A stretch of 64,000 bases of DNA from Escherichia coli (GTDB lineage Bacteria > Pseudomonadota > Gammaproteobacteria > Enterobacterales > Enterobacteriaceae). Numbering within the stretch: position 1 is the first letter of the stretch; each line of letters starts with the position of its first letter. The position numbers and the translations under genes are program-made. The DNA lies in assembly GCF_003334405.1 (NCBI RefSeq), contig NZ_QOWM01000001.1. One strand, 5' to 3'. This document shows, piece by piece, positions 32,457 through 43,535 of the stretch. Below the pieces are notes generated by a model, which did not search any database, was not told where the DNA came from, and saw nothing but the letters and a program-made list of their open reading frames with translations.

Positions 32457-33707
32457 ATGTCAACTCCACTTCAAGGAATTAAAGTTCTCGATTTCACCGG
32501 TGTGCAATCTGGCCCATCTTGTACTCAAATGCTGGCCTGGTTTGGCGCTGACGTTATTAAAATTGAACGTCCCGGCGTTGGTGACGTAACGCGTCACCAG
32601 CTGCGAGATATTCCTGATATCGATGCGCTTTACTTCACCATGCTTAACAGTAACAAACGTTCTATTGAGTTAAATACCAAAACAGCGGAAGGCAAAGAGG
32701 TAATGGAAAAGCTGATCCGCGAAGCTGATATCTTAGTCGAGAACTTTCATCCAGGGGCCATTGATCACATGGGCTTCACCTGGGAGCATATTCAAGAAAT
32801 CAATCCACGTCTGATTTTTGGTTCGATCAAAGGGTTTGATGAGTGTTCGCCTTATGTGAATGTAAAAGCCTATGAAAACGTTGCTCAGGCAGCGGGTGGC
32901 GCGGCATCCACTACGGGTTTTTGGGATGGTCCGCCGCTGGTAAGCGCTGCAGCGTTGGGTGACAGCAACACCGGAATGCATTTGCTGATCGGTTTACTTG
33001 CTGCTTTGCTGCATCGCGAAAAAACGGGGCGTGGGCAACGAGTCACCATGTCAATGCAGGATGCCGTATTGAACCTTTGCCGCGTGAAATTACGTGACCA
33101 GCAGCGTCTCGATAAATTGGGTTATCTGGAAGAATACCCGCAGTATCCGAATGGTACATTTGGTGATGCAGTTCCCCGCGGTGGTAATGCAGGTGGTGGC
33201 GGTCAGCCTGGCTGGATCCTGAAATGTAAAGGCTGGGAAACCGATCCTAACGCCTATATTTATTTCACTATTCAGGAGCAAAACTGGGAAAACACCTGTA
33301 AAGCCATCGGCAAACCAGAATGGATTACCGATCCGGCATACAGTACAGCCCATGCACGACAGCCACATATTTTCGATATTTTTGCTGAAATCGAAAAATA
33401 CACTGTCACTATTGATAAACATGAAGCGGTGGCCTATTTGACTCAGTTTGATATTCCTTGTGCACCGGTTTTAAGTATGAAAGAAATTTCACTTGATCCC
33501 TCTTTGCGCCAAAGTGGCAGTGTTGTTGAAGTGGAACAACCGTTGCGTGGAAAATATCTGACCGTTGGTTGTCCAATGAAATTCTCTGCCTTTACGCCGG
33601 ATATTAAAGCTGCGCCGCTATTAGGTGAACATACCGCTGCTGTATTGCAGGAGCTGGGTTATAGCGACGATGAAATTGCTGCAATGAAGCAAAACCACGC
33701 CATCTGA
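32457..33707 (+). CDS. frc: Formyl-CoA:oxalate CoA-transferase
   Basis: 416 aa; family III CoA-transferase N-terminus ([33 protein letters not shown]). Confidence 0.95.
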
Positions 33708-33760
33708 TATTAACGGGGGCTTCTGGCTCCCAATTTATAAAAATTTCGAGGTTATTAATC

Positions 33761-35455
33761 ATGTCAGATCAACTTCAAATGACAGATGGTATGCATATCA
33801 TCGTTGAAGCATTAAAACAGAATAATATTGACACTATTTATGGTGTTGTAGGTATTCCTGTGACGGATATGGCACGCCATGCCCAGGCGGAAGGCATTCG
33901 TTATATTGGTTTTCGTCATGAGCAGTCGGCAGGCTATGCCGCTGCGGCAAGCGGTTTTCTTACCCAAAAACCGGGGATCTGCCTGACAGTTTCTGCGCCA
34001 GGATTCCTCAATGGTTTGACCGCATTGGCCAACGCAACGGTAAATGGTTTTCCGATGATCATGATTAGCGGCTCCAGCGACCGCGCGATCGTCGACCTAC
34101 AGCAAGGTGATTATGAAGAGCTGGACCAAATGAATGCGGCAAAACCGTATGCCAAAGCAGCATTTCGCGTTAATCAGCCGCAGGATCTTGGCATTGCATT
34201 GGCACGCGCTATCCGGGTCTCTGTATCGGGTCGCCCTGGCGGAGTTTATCTTGATTTGCCAGCAAATGTCCTGGCCGCGACGATGGAAAAAGACGAAGCG
34301 TTAACCACGATTGTTAAAGTTGAAAATCCGTCGCCAGCATTATTGCCATGCCCGAAGTCAGTCACTAGCGCAATTTCGCTTTTAGCAAAAGCTGAACGGC
34401 CATTAATTATCCTTGGCAAAGGCGCGGCGTATTCACAAGCTGATGAACAGCTTCGTGAATTTATTGAAAGTGCTCAGATTCCATTCCTGCCAATGTCTAT
34501 GGCGAAAGGGATCCTTGAAGATACGCATCCACTTTCTGCGGCAGCTGCGCGTTCGTTTGCCCTGGCAAATGCTGACGTTGTCATGCTTGTTGGTGCACGA
34601 CTGAATTGGTTATTGGCACACGGTAAAAAAGGATGGGCGGCAGATACACAGTTTATTCAACTGGATATTGAACCGCAGGAAATTGACAGCAACCGCCCCA
34701 TTGCTGTGCCAGTCGTTGGTGATATTGCATCCAGTATGCAAGGTATGCTGGCAGAACTGAAACAAAACACATTTACGACTCCACTGGTATGGCGCGATAT
34801 TTTAAATATCCACAAGCAGCAAAATGCACAAAAAATGCATGAAAAATTAAGTACAGATACTCAACCATTAAATTACTTTAATGCATTAAGTGCTGTGCGC
34901 GACGTATTGCGCGAGAACCAGGATATTTATTTAGTTAATGAAGGTGCAAATACCCTGGATAATGCACGAAATATTATTGATATGTATAAACCACGTCGTC
35001 GTCTGGATTGTGGTACCTGGGGTGTCATGGGCATCGGTATGGGCTATGCCATCGGTGCTAGCGTGACTTCTGGTTCTCCGGTTGTCGCCATTGAAGGTGA
35101 TAGTGCTTTTGGTTTCAGTGGGATGGAAATTGAAACGATTTGTCGATATAACCTGCCGGTGACGATCGTTATTTTTAATAATGGCGGCATCTACAGAGGA
35201 GACGGTGTTGATCTCAGTGGCGCTGGTGCACCATCACCAACGGATCTGTTGCACCATGCAAGGTATGACAAATTAATGGATGCGTTTCGTGGCGTTGGCT
35301 ATAACGTCACCACGACAGATGAACTTCGTCATGCTTTAACCACCGGTATTCAGTCGCGCAAACCGACCATTATTAATGTGGTCATCGACCCTGCAGCAGG
35401 AACTGAAAGTGGCCATATTACCAAACTTAACCCAAAACAAGTCGCTGGTAATTAA
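33761..35455 (+). CDS. oxc: Oxalyl-CoA decarboxylase (ThDP-dependent)
   Basis: 564 aa; ThDP-binding region GDSAFGFSGMEIETICRYNLPVTIVIFNNGG. Confidence 0.95.
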   Translation: MSDQLQMTDGMHIIVEALKQNNIDTIYGVVGIPVTDMARHAQAEGIRYIGFRHEQSAGYAAAASGFLTQKPGICLTVSAPGFLNGLTALANATVNGFPMIMISGSSDRAIVDLQQGDYEELDQMNAAKPYAKAAFRVNQPQDLGIALARAIRVSVSGRPGGVYLDLPANVLAATMEKDEALTTIVKVENPSPALLPCPKSVTSAISLLAKAERPLIILGKGAAYSQADEQLREFIESAQIPFLPMSMAKGILEDTHPLSAAAARSFALANADVVMLVGARLNWLLAHGKKGWAADTQFIQLDIEPQEIDSNRPIAVPVVGDIASSMQGMLAELKQNTFTTPLVWRDILNIHKQQNAQKMHEKLSTDTQPLNYFNALSAVRDVLRENQDIYLVNEGANTLDNARNIIDMYKPRRRLDCGTWGVMGIGMGYAIGASVTSGSPVVAIEGDSAFGFSGMEIETICRYNLPVTIVIFNNGGIYRGDGVDLSGAGAPSPTDLLHHARYDKLMDAFRGVGYNVTTTDELRHALTTGIQSRKPTIINVVIDPAAGTESGHITKLNPKQVAGN

Positions 35456-35524
35456 ATACTGACATCGTCTCCTCTTGCCAACTCATTATGCGATGGTGAG
35501 GGGACCCTTATCGGAAATACTATT

Positions 35525-36469
35525 ATGCTAACATTTTTTATTGGCGATTTATTGCCTATTATCGTAATCATGCTGTTGGGTTATTTTAGCGGCAGACGAG
35601 AAACATTTTCAGAAGATCAAGCTCGGGCATTTAATAAACTGGTATTAAACTACGCGCTTCCTGCGGCTCTATTTGTATCTATTACTCGGGCAAACAGGGA
35701 AATGATTTTTGCGGACACTCGTCTGACCCTTGTATCACTTGTGGTTATTGTCGGATGTTTCTTTTTCTCCTGGTTCGGTTGCTACAAATTTTTTAAACGT
35801 ACCCATGCAGAAGCAGCTGTATGTGCATTAATTGCAGGTTCACCTACCATTGGATTCCTGGGGTTTGCAGTTCTCGATCCTATTTATGGTGATTCCGTAT
35901 CAACAGGTTTAGTGGTAGCAATTATTTCTATTATTGTTAACGCAATTACTATTCCTATTGGTCTGTATTTGCTGAATCCTTCTTCAGGAGCGGATGGTAA
36001 GAAGAATAGTAATCTGAGCGCATTAATTTCTGCGGCAAAGGAGCCAGTAGTATGGGCACCTGTTCTGGCAACGATCCTGGTGTTGGTTGGGGTAAAAATT
36101 CCGGCAGCATGGGACCCAACCTTTAATCTGATTGCGAAGGCTAACTCAGGGGTAGCGGTATTCGCTGCGGGGTTGACTCTGGCTGCACATAAATTCGAGT
36201 TCAGTGCCGAAATTGCTTATAACACCTTCCTGAAGCTGATTCTGATGCCACTGGCACTGCTTCTCGTTGGTATGGCATGTCATTTGAACAGCGAACATCT
36301 GCAGATGATGGTACTGGCAGGCGCATTACCGCCGGCATTCTCCGGAATCATTATTGCCAGCCGGTTTAATGTCTACACCCGTACTGGTACAGCGTCATTG
36401 GCTGTGAGCGTACTGGGCTTTGTCGTCACGGCTCCCTTGTGGATTTATGTCAGTCGACTGGTTTCATAA
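35525..36469 (+). CDS. yfdV: Putative AEC-family transporter
   Basis: 314 aa polytopic membrane protein in the frc-oxc operon. Confidence 0.85.
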
Positions 36470-36496
36470 TTAATCATGTTATTGATTTTACATAAA

Positions 36497-36527
36497 TGCC
36501 GAAGTGTCTTTTCACCTTCGGCTTTTT
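36497..36527 (+). terminator. Terminator-like hairpin between yfdV and yfdE
   Basis: gccgaag-tgtcttttcac-cttcggc followed by TTTTTTC, just upstream of the yfdE ATG at 36543. Confidence 0.4.
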
Positions 36528-36542
36528 TCAAGGCATAAGCAA

Positions 36543-37688
36543 ATGACAAATAATGAAAGCAAAGGGCCGTTTGAAGGCTTATTAGTTATCGATATGACAC
36601 ATGTCCTTAATGGACCTTTCGGAACTCAACTTCTTTGTAATATGGGCGCAAGGGTAATTAAAGTTGAGCCGCCGGGTCATGGTGATGATACCCGCACATT
36701 TGGTCCCTATGTGGATGGACAGTCACTCTATTACAGTTTTATTAATCATGGCAAAGAGAGTGTGGTTCTTGATTTAAAGAATGATCACGATAAAAGTATA
36801 TTTATAAATATGCTCAAACAAGCTGATGTATTAGCTGAGAATTTTCGCCCAGGTACAATGGAAAAACTGGGGTTTTCATGGGAAACGCTTCAAGAAATCA
36901 ACCCGCGCCTCATATATGCTTCATCGTCAGGTTTCGGACATACCGGTCCGCTAAAAGATGCTCCTGCCTACGATACCATCATTCAGGCAATGAGCGGGAT
37001 AATGATGGAAACAGGATATCCTGATGCTCCGCCAGTGCGCGTTGGTACATCTCTTGCGGATCTATGCGGCGGTGTCTATTTATTCAGCGGAATAGTGAGT
37101 GCACTTTATGGCCGCGAAAAGAGCCAGAGAGGGGCGCATGTCGATATAGCGATGTTTGATGCCACGCTGAGTTTTCTGGAGCATGGTCTGATGGCATATA
37201 TCGCAACTGGGAAGTCACCACAACGTCTGGGAAATCGCCATCCCTACATGGCACCTTTTGATGTTTTCAATACTCAGGATAAGCCGATTACGATTTGTTG
37301 TGGTAATGACAAGCTTTTTTCTGCGTTATGCCAGGCACTGGAGCTTACGGAACTGGTTAATGATCCCCGATTTAGCAGCAATATTTTACGCGTACAAAAC
37401 CAGGCTATTCTTAAACAATATATTGAGCGGACGTTAAAAACGCAGGCAGCTGAAGTTTGGTTAGCCAGAATACATGAAGTTGGTGTACCCGTCGCGCCGT
37501 TATTAAGTGTGGCTGAGGCCATTAAATTGCCACAAACTCAGGCGAGAAATATGTTGATTGAAGCCGGGGGAATAATGATGCCGGGTAATCCGATAAAAAT
37601 CAGCGGCTGCGCGGACCCGCATGTTATGCCGGGAGCGGCAACGCTCGACCAGCATGGGGAACAAATTCGCCAGGAGTTCTCATCATAA
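36543..37688 (+). CDS. yfdE: Acetyl-CoA:oxalate CoA-transferase (family III, Frc paralogue)
   Basis: ORF track from 36504; ATG at 36543 (MTNNESKGPFEGLLVIDMTH) gives 381 aa. Confidence 0.9.
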   Translation: MTNNESKGPFEGLLVIDMTHVLNGPFGTQLLCNMGARVIKVEPPGHGDDTRTFGPYVDGQSLYYSFINHGKESVVLDLKNDHDKSIFINMLKQADVLAENFRPGTMEKLGFSWETLQEINPRLIYASSSGFGHTGPLKDAPAYDTIIQAMSGIMMETGYPDAPPVRVGTSLADLCGGVYLFSGIVSALYGREKSQRGAHVDIAMFDATLSFLEHGLMAYIATGKSPQRLGNRHPYMAPFDVFNTQDKPITICCGNDKLFSALCQALELTELVNDPRFSSNILRVQNQAILKQYIERTLKTQAAEVWLARIHEVGVPVAPLLSVAEAIKLPQTQARNMLIEAGGIMMPGNPIKISGCADPHVMPGAATLDQHGEQIRQEFSS

Positions 37689-37743
37689 ATGTAAGATGTG
37701 CTGGTAAATAGCTCCCACATTTGAACATTGTGGGAGCCGCTAT

Positions 37744-40700
37744 TTAGTCATTTTTCTGACAGAAAACAGCAATCTCCTGGTCCAGCTCTGCAATGTGTTC
37801 TTTTACAGAGTTCAGCAACTGAAGAATTTCAGGCTTACTGTCATCTGAAACAGGTGTTATTTCTAACTGATGGCTAATATTAATCAACTTTTGCAAATTC
37901 AGGATGTTAGCCGCACCGTGGATGCGATGAATACACTGATGGAAAGTTCTGTTATCGCCAGCTTCTAGTGCTTGAAACGCAGCGGGTAGATCTTTATGCG
38001 TTTCATGCTGGAAAGTCATGAGAATCTCCTGCATCAGTTGTAGATCGTTCGCCGTATTATTTTTCAGGGCTTCGATATCAAGGTGGCGATACTGAGGTGC
38101 AATATGCGCAACTTGGTGTAACTGACTTAAATGTGTTTTCAGTACATCCAGGGTCAACGGTTTGAACAAACATAAGTTCATGCCGCAACTTAACCCTTTT
38201 TCACGTTCGTTAGCCTGTGCGTTGGCTGTAAGCCCCCAGATGGGTAAGGAAGAATTTTGCTCACGGAGTTTGCGAGTCAACTCAAAACCATCCATATTCG
38301 GCATATTAACGTCAGTAATAAGCAGATCATAATGTTGCATACTGACTTTGTGTAGCGCTTGCACACCATCAGTGGCTTCATCAACATCATATCCTAATAG
38401 ATTTAGCTGGCGTTTGAGTAATAGCCTGTTGGTCGGATGATCATCCGCGATTAATATGCTCAACTTTTCAGGTAGTGTGATGGGTTGTTCTGCTTTTGCC
38501 TCGACAGTCGCCACTTGCTGGCTAATTTCTACCGGGATTGTGATCGTAAATGTTGTTCCTATGCCTGGATGACTTTCTAATGACAAATCGCCCTGCATAT
38601 TTTTAATTAATTCTTTGCAGATCATTAAGCCTAAACCAGAACCTGTTTGCTGACGACCTGCACTTGTTTGGCTGTAGCGTTTAAACAGTTGTTGTTGTTC
38701 TTCCTGCGATAATCCACTTCCAGAATCCATAATCGTCATTTTGATAACAGCGTGGTTGTCATCAATGTGACCCAGGGAGGTCGTAATTTTTACTGCCCCC
38801 TCGGTGGTAAATTTGAGAGCATTACTCAGTAAATTTGATAAGACCTGCTTAAACGCCTGAGGGTCGATCTTAACCAGGTAATGTTCAGGAAACGTACTGC
38901 TGCAACTTAATGCGATCGATTTGCTTGCAGCAATCGCACCGAAAGAGTGACAAGTGTTCTGGACTAAAGTAGGGATATCGACCCATTGTGGTTGAAGTTG
39001 ATAGTTACCCGATTCAATTTTGTCGACATCAAGGATTTCACCAATTAAGCCGAGGAGTGATTGTCCGGTGGCGTAGGCAAGTGAAATCGCCTCCACCCGT
39101 TGCTCCTTGCTAAGACCAGAACCCGACAGAAGTTCCAGGAAGCCCATAATAGAGCTTATTGGTGTTCTTATTTCGTGACTCATCGTTGCCAGAAACTGAC
39201 TTTTTGCTACGGTAGCCTTTATCGCTTTATTTTTTTCTACCTCGAGTGCATTAATTAGATCACGCGTTTCAGTAATATCTTGCCAACCACAAATATATAC
39301 TGCATTGTCACTTGCAGGAAGATTGCATAATGTATGCCAGTGATTAATGCATCTTTTCTCGATGCCATTATCAATTTCAAATACCTGTGTGTATATTGTT
39401 CGATTTTCTTTCGTTTCTGCTGTGACTTCATGCGCATTAGAAAAAACATCTTTAAAGGGTGAGTCACTGTTTTCTAATGGTAACATTGCATTTTTGTAGT
39501 AATCCGCAGTGAAATAATGTTCAAAAGCACTATTATGACTAATGACATTACCTTGCCAGTTTACAACATAAGTTGGATTCGGTAAGGAATCCGAGAGTGC
39601 TTTTCGGAATGATATTTGGTTTTCTAAATCACCCTGAATGACTTTACGACGACGAACTGAGCGTAACAGGTAGAATCCCCATAAAAGGCTACTGCCAACT
39701 AATAAAACGGATAATGTCGTAACAATATAAAATTGCTCGCTATATAGGTCCCATGTGTCAATGGTCACATTGGGCATTTTAATCCATTTTTCCGTCAGGC
39801 GCAGAACTTCGCTTGGGGGAATTGCATTCAGTGCTTTATTAATAATATCCTTAAGTTCCGGTTCTCCGCGAGGAAAAGCGAACGAAAGCGATGCATTCGG
39901 AACGCCAGGAATAAGAAAATGATAAAGTTCATTAGGATAGTAATGATCGATCATGTAACGCGAATTTAGCTGTGTCGCGACCAGAGCATCAAGTTCACCT
40001 TCCTTAACCTTGTGAAATGCAGCGCTGGCATTATCGACCTGTATCCATTCAACCTCCGGATACATCTCTTTTAATTGCGAATGCAGCTCATAATAATATG
40101 GAATGGCAACTTTCATTCCTTTTTTTAATGTTTGTTCACTGTCAGGCGCTTTTTGCATGACAAAAACGTAAGGCGTTGTTATGAAGGCTTCAGCAAATAA
40201 AACATTATTTTCTCGATCTTCACTATAAATAGCGCCAGGTATTATATCCCATCCTCCGGGGCTAAGCTGTGTTCCAGCATGGATATTGTGTGAAACGGTG
40301 ATCGGAGAAAAATTTAAACCTGTTTGCAAGGTAATAATATTAAGAATGTCCCCCATAACGCCCCGAACCGAGCCATTTTCATCCGTCATAGAATAGGGGG
40401 GCGAGTAAGGATTTTCCAGCACCTTTAAATTGGGATGCTGCTTAATCCACTGTTTTTCATGTTCAGTGAGTTCTAATGGTTTGTTCAGAAAGGCCAGGTT
40501 TCCTGTATCAAGCCAATTTTGTGATACTTCATAGCGAACTTCATTTGTTAAAGCATCAACAAATCTATTGAGTACTTCATTAAGAATGACAGATTCTTTT
40601 CTGGTCAAGAAAAAATTATATTGACGCGGCGAGTTATAATATTTCACTACATTTAAGGAGTGAGTGAAATAGCGGGAAATCATACTGCTGGTAATGATGT

Positions 40701-41337
40701 TACTACCAATAAAGTAATCATTGTGCCCAGCTGAGACGGATGCTAATGCCTGATATAAATTTGTAAAAGAGATAATTGTTGCTTTTGGAAATGATTGATG
40801 AATTACCTCGTCTGGGGGGTAATTTGCTACCCGAGCAATATTTACTGGTTTTGGTGAGGTAAGCGGTCGCATTGAGTCGTGAAGGGTGGTTACCAGCGCC
40901 GGAAAGGTAATTATCAATGGTTTGGTTGCAGCAATGTCATTATTAAGAGGCGGCGAAGTAACTAAATGTGATAACACTATATCGACTTCACCTTCTGCAA
41001 GCGCGTCCATTGCTTTTTGATGATCTGCGTATTCCCGGAGTGTTAATTTGATATTTAACGCTCTTTTTAAAAGATTTAAATAATCAGCATTAATACCACG
41101 AACCCGTTGCTGCGAATCGGTATGCAACAACGTAGCCGTTTGGGACTTATGTACTGCAATCACAAGATTTTTTTTGCTCGCTAACCAACGTAATTCCTTG
41201 TTGCTCAGACGTAGTGGATCAAGTGTGACACGGTTGTTACTACTGATGCCACGATATTCGATGTAATCTTCGTCTGCGAAACTTATGGTCGACCAAAGAC
41301 CACAACAGAGAAGAAAAATATAGGGTAAAAACTTCAT
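37744..41337 (-). CDS. evgS: Hybrid sensor histidine kinase EvgS
   Basis: 1197 aa; periplasmic binding-protein-like domains, HisKA/HATPase, receiver and HPt domains. Confidence 0.95.
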   Translation of the reverse strand: MKFLPYIFLLCCGLWSTISFADEDYIEYRGISSNNRVTLDPLRLSNKELRWLASKKNLVIAVHKSQTATLLHTDSQQRVRGINADYLNLLKRALNIKLTLREYADHQKAMDALAEGEVDIVLSHLVTSPPLNNDIAATKPLIITFPALVTTLHDSMRPLTSPKPVNIARVANYPPDEVIHQSFPKATIISFTNLYQALASVSAGHNDYFIGSNIITSSMISRYFTHSLNVVKYYNSPRQYNFFLTRKESVILNEVLNRFVDALTNEVRYEVSQNWLDTGNLAFLNKPLELTEHEKQWIKQHPNLKVLENPYSPPYSMTDENGSVRGVMGDILNIITLQTGLNFSPITVSHNIHAGTQLSPGGWDIIPGAIYSEDRENNVLFAEAFITTPYVFVMQKAPDSEQTLKKGMKVAIPYYYELHSQLKEMYPEVEWIQVDNASAAFHKVKEGELDALVATQLNSRYMIDHYYPNELYHFLIPGVPNASLSFAFPRGEPELKDIINKALNAIPPSEVLRLTEKWIKMPNVTIDTWDLYSEQFYIVTTLSVLLVGSSLLWGFYLLRSVRRRKVIQGDLENQISFRKALSDSLPNPTYVVNWQGNVISHNSAFEHYFTADYYKNAMLPLENSDSPFKDVFSNAHEVTAETKENRTIYTQVFEIDNGIEKRCINHWHTLCNLPASDNAVYICGWQDITETRDLINALEVEKNKAIKATVAKSQFLATMSHEIRTPISSIMGFLELLSGSGLSKEQRVEAISLAYATGQSLLGLIGEILDVDKIESGNYQLQPQWVDIPTLVQNTCHSFGAIAASKSIALSCSSTFPEHYLVKIDPQAFKQVLSNLLSNALKFTTEGAVKITTSLGHIDDNHAVIKMTIMDSGSGLSQEEQQQLFKRYSQTSAGRQQTGSGLGLMICKELIKNMQGDLSLESHPGIGTTFTITIPVEISQQVATVEAKAEQPITLPEKLSILIADDHPTNRLLLKRQLNLLGYDVDEATDGVQALHKVSMQHYDLLITDVNMPNMDGFELTRKLREQNSSLPIWGLTANAQANEREKGLSCGMNLCLFKPLTLDVLKTHLSQLHQVAHIAPQYRHLDIEALKNNTANDLQLMQEILMTFQHETHKDLPAAFQALEAGDNRTFHQCIHRIHGAANILNLQKLINISHQLEITPVSDDSKPEILQLLNSVKEHIAELDQEIAVFCQKND

Positions 41338-41341
41338 GTGG

Positions 41342-41956
41342 TTAGCCGATTTTGTTACGTTGTGCGAATGTGTAAAGATCCATCAGTGATTTACATTCTA
41401 ATTTTTCCATCAGGCGACTTTTATAAGTGCTGACAGTTTTGTTGCTGATGAACATTTTTTCAGCAATGTCATTATTATCCTTGCCATCAAGAATATACCG
41501 CATGACACTAATTTCTTGTTTCGATAAGGAGTCGAGTTTTTGCTGGTCGGACGTTAAACTTCCAACAAACCGGTTGAGAGAGAAGGGGAAATAGCAGTAG
41601 CCATTTTTTGCAGCTTCAATAGCCGCAATGATATTGTTCATGCCTTCTTTTTTACTCACGAAACCATTAGCGCCAGCATCAGCACAATGTTTCCCGTAAA
41701 AATGGTCATTTTTAGCGGAGACGATAATAATAATTCCGCTATATTGGCGCTTCCTCAGCGTTTCTAACACCTGGATACCGTTAACTCCGGGGATATCGAC
41801 ATCAATGATGACGATATCAGGCTTAAGTGTTTCCACCCGCTGAACGGCACTTCCGCCTTCAGTCAACTCTGCTAAGATTTCAATATCGTTTTTGATCAAT
41901 AAATTACGAATTGCTGCGATAGCAAGAGGATGGTCATCAATAATTATTGCGTTCAT
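41342..41956 (-). CDS. evgA: Response regulator EvgA (NarL/LuxR family)
   Basis: 204 aa; receiver domain plus LuxR HTH (EISVMRYILDGKDNNDIAEKMFISNKTVSTYKSRLMEKL). Confidence 0.95.
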   Translation of the reverse strand: MNAIIIDDHPLAIAAIRNLLIKNDIEILAELTEGGSAVQRVETLKPDIVIIDVDIPGVNGIQVLETLRKRQYSGIIIIVSAKNDHFYGKHCADAGANGFVSKKEGMNNIIAAIEAAKNGYCYFPFSLNRFVGSLTSDQQKLDSLSKQEISVMRYILDGKDNNDIAEKMFISNKTVSTYKSRLMEKLECKSLMDLYTFAQRNKIG

Positions 41957-42180
41957 AGATTATTCCCTTTGCAATGAAGCATCTCCCTTCTCCCTGTAGT
42001 AATACAGACATAAGGCGTCATCTCATTTTCTCAATAAAAATAAGAAAATCTGAGCTTCCTTTAAGATAATTCGACAAGTATACCATATAAATAGTCGGCA
42101 TAAATGAAATGTCAACAATAAAATCAGGGATTGTACCGATGATTTATAGTTTCAAGTTGGCACTATAAGTCTTCTTACTA

Positions 42181-42198
42181 ATCCTACAGGCGTAAGAA
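42181..42198. promoter_or_regulatory. EvgA-box-like site in the evgA-emrK divergent region
   Basis: ATCCTACA-GG-CGTAAGAA, two mismatches to the consensus. Confidence 0.45.
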
Positions 42199-42371
42199 TT
42201 GTATTGCAAAAGCCACGGTTTAGTCCTCTGTTGTTTTTTTTGCACCTCATTTAAATTAGGCCTCCAACGTTCCTGGGATAATGTGCAACACATGCACTGT
42301 GTTTGATATGAAGAATGAATGCTCTTTTCATTCAATTCATAAATTTCATCTATGAGAAATGAGAGATAATA

Positions 42372-43535
42372 GTGGAACAGATTAATTCAAATAAAAAACA
42401 TTCTAACAGAAGAAAATACTTTTCTTTATTGGCGGTAGTTTTATTTATTGCGTTTTCAGGTGCCTATGCCTATTGGTCAATGGAATTAGAAGACATGATT
42501 AGTACAGATGACGCCTATGTCACGGGGAATGCAGATCCAATTTCTGCACAAGTCTCAGGTAGTGTCACTGTCGTTAATCATAAAGATACGAACTACGTTC
42601 GACAAGGTGACATTTTAGTTTCACTGGATAAAACTGATGCCACTATCGCACTCAATAAAGCTAAAAATAATCTGGCAAATATTGTTCGGCAAACGAATAA
42701 ACTATACTTACAGGATAAACAATACAGTGCCGAAGTCGCTTCAGCACGTATTCAGTATCAACAATCTTTAGAAGATTATAACCGTCGAGTGCCGTTAGCG
42801 AAGCAGGGGGTTATTTCAAAAGAAACGCTGGAGCATACCAAAGATACGTTAATAAGTAGCAAAGCGGCATTGAATGCCGCTATCCAGGCTTATAAAGCGA
42901 ATAAAGCTTTAGTAATGAACACACCATTAAACCGTCAGCCACAAGTCGTTGAAGCGGCGGATGCAACTAAAGAAGCCTGGTTGGCGCTTAAACGTACGGA
43001 TATTAAGAGTCCGGTTACCGGCTATATTGCCCAGAGAAGTGTTCAGGTCGGCGAAACAGTGAGCCCCGGACAATCGTTAATGGCTGTCGTACCGGCACGT
43101 CAAATGTGGGTTAATGCCAACTTTAAAGAAACACAACTCACGGATGTACGGATTGGTCAATCGGTCAATATTATCAGCGATCTTTATGGTGAAAATGTTG
43201 TGTTTCATGGTCGGGTGACAGGGATCAATATGGGAACCGGCAATGCGTTCTCCTTATTACCTGCACAAAATGCGACAGGGAACTGGATCAAAATCGTTCA
43301 GCGTGTACCGGTTGAAGTTTCTCTTGATCCAAAAGAACTCATGGAACACCCCTTGCGTATTGGTTTATCGATGACAGCAACTATTGATACGAAGAACGAA
43401 GACATTGCCGAGATGCCTGAGCTGGCTTCAACCGTGACCTCCATGCCGGCTTATACCAGTAAGGCTTTAGTTATCGATACCAGTCCGATAGAAAAAGAAA
43501 TTAGCAACATTATTTCGCATAATGGACAACTTTAA
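42372..43535 (+). CDS. emrK: Multidrug efflux membrane-fusion protein (HlyD family)
   Basis: 387 aa; single N-terminal TM helix; stop overlaps emrY start. Confidence 0.9.
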   Translation: MEQINSNKKHSNRRKYFSLLAVVLFIAFSGAYAYWSMELEDMISTDDAYVTGNADPISAQVSGSVTVVNHKDTNYVRQGDILVSLDKTDATIALNKAKNNLANIVRQTNKLYLQDKQYSAEVASARIQYQQSLEDYNRRVPLAKQGVISKETLEHTKDTLISSKAALNAAIQAYKANKALVMNTPLNRQPQVVEAADATKEAWLALKRTDIKSPVTGYIAQRSVQVGETVSPGQSLMAVVPARQMWVNANFKETQLTDVRIGQSVNIISDLYGENVVFHGRVTGINMGTGNAFSLLPAQNATGNWIKIVQRVPVEVSLDPKELMEHPLRIGLSMTATIDTKNEDIAEMPELASTVTSMPAYTSKALVIDTSPIEKEISNIISHNGQL

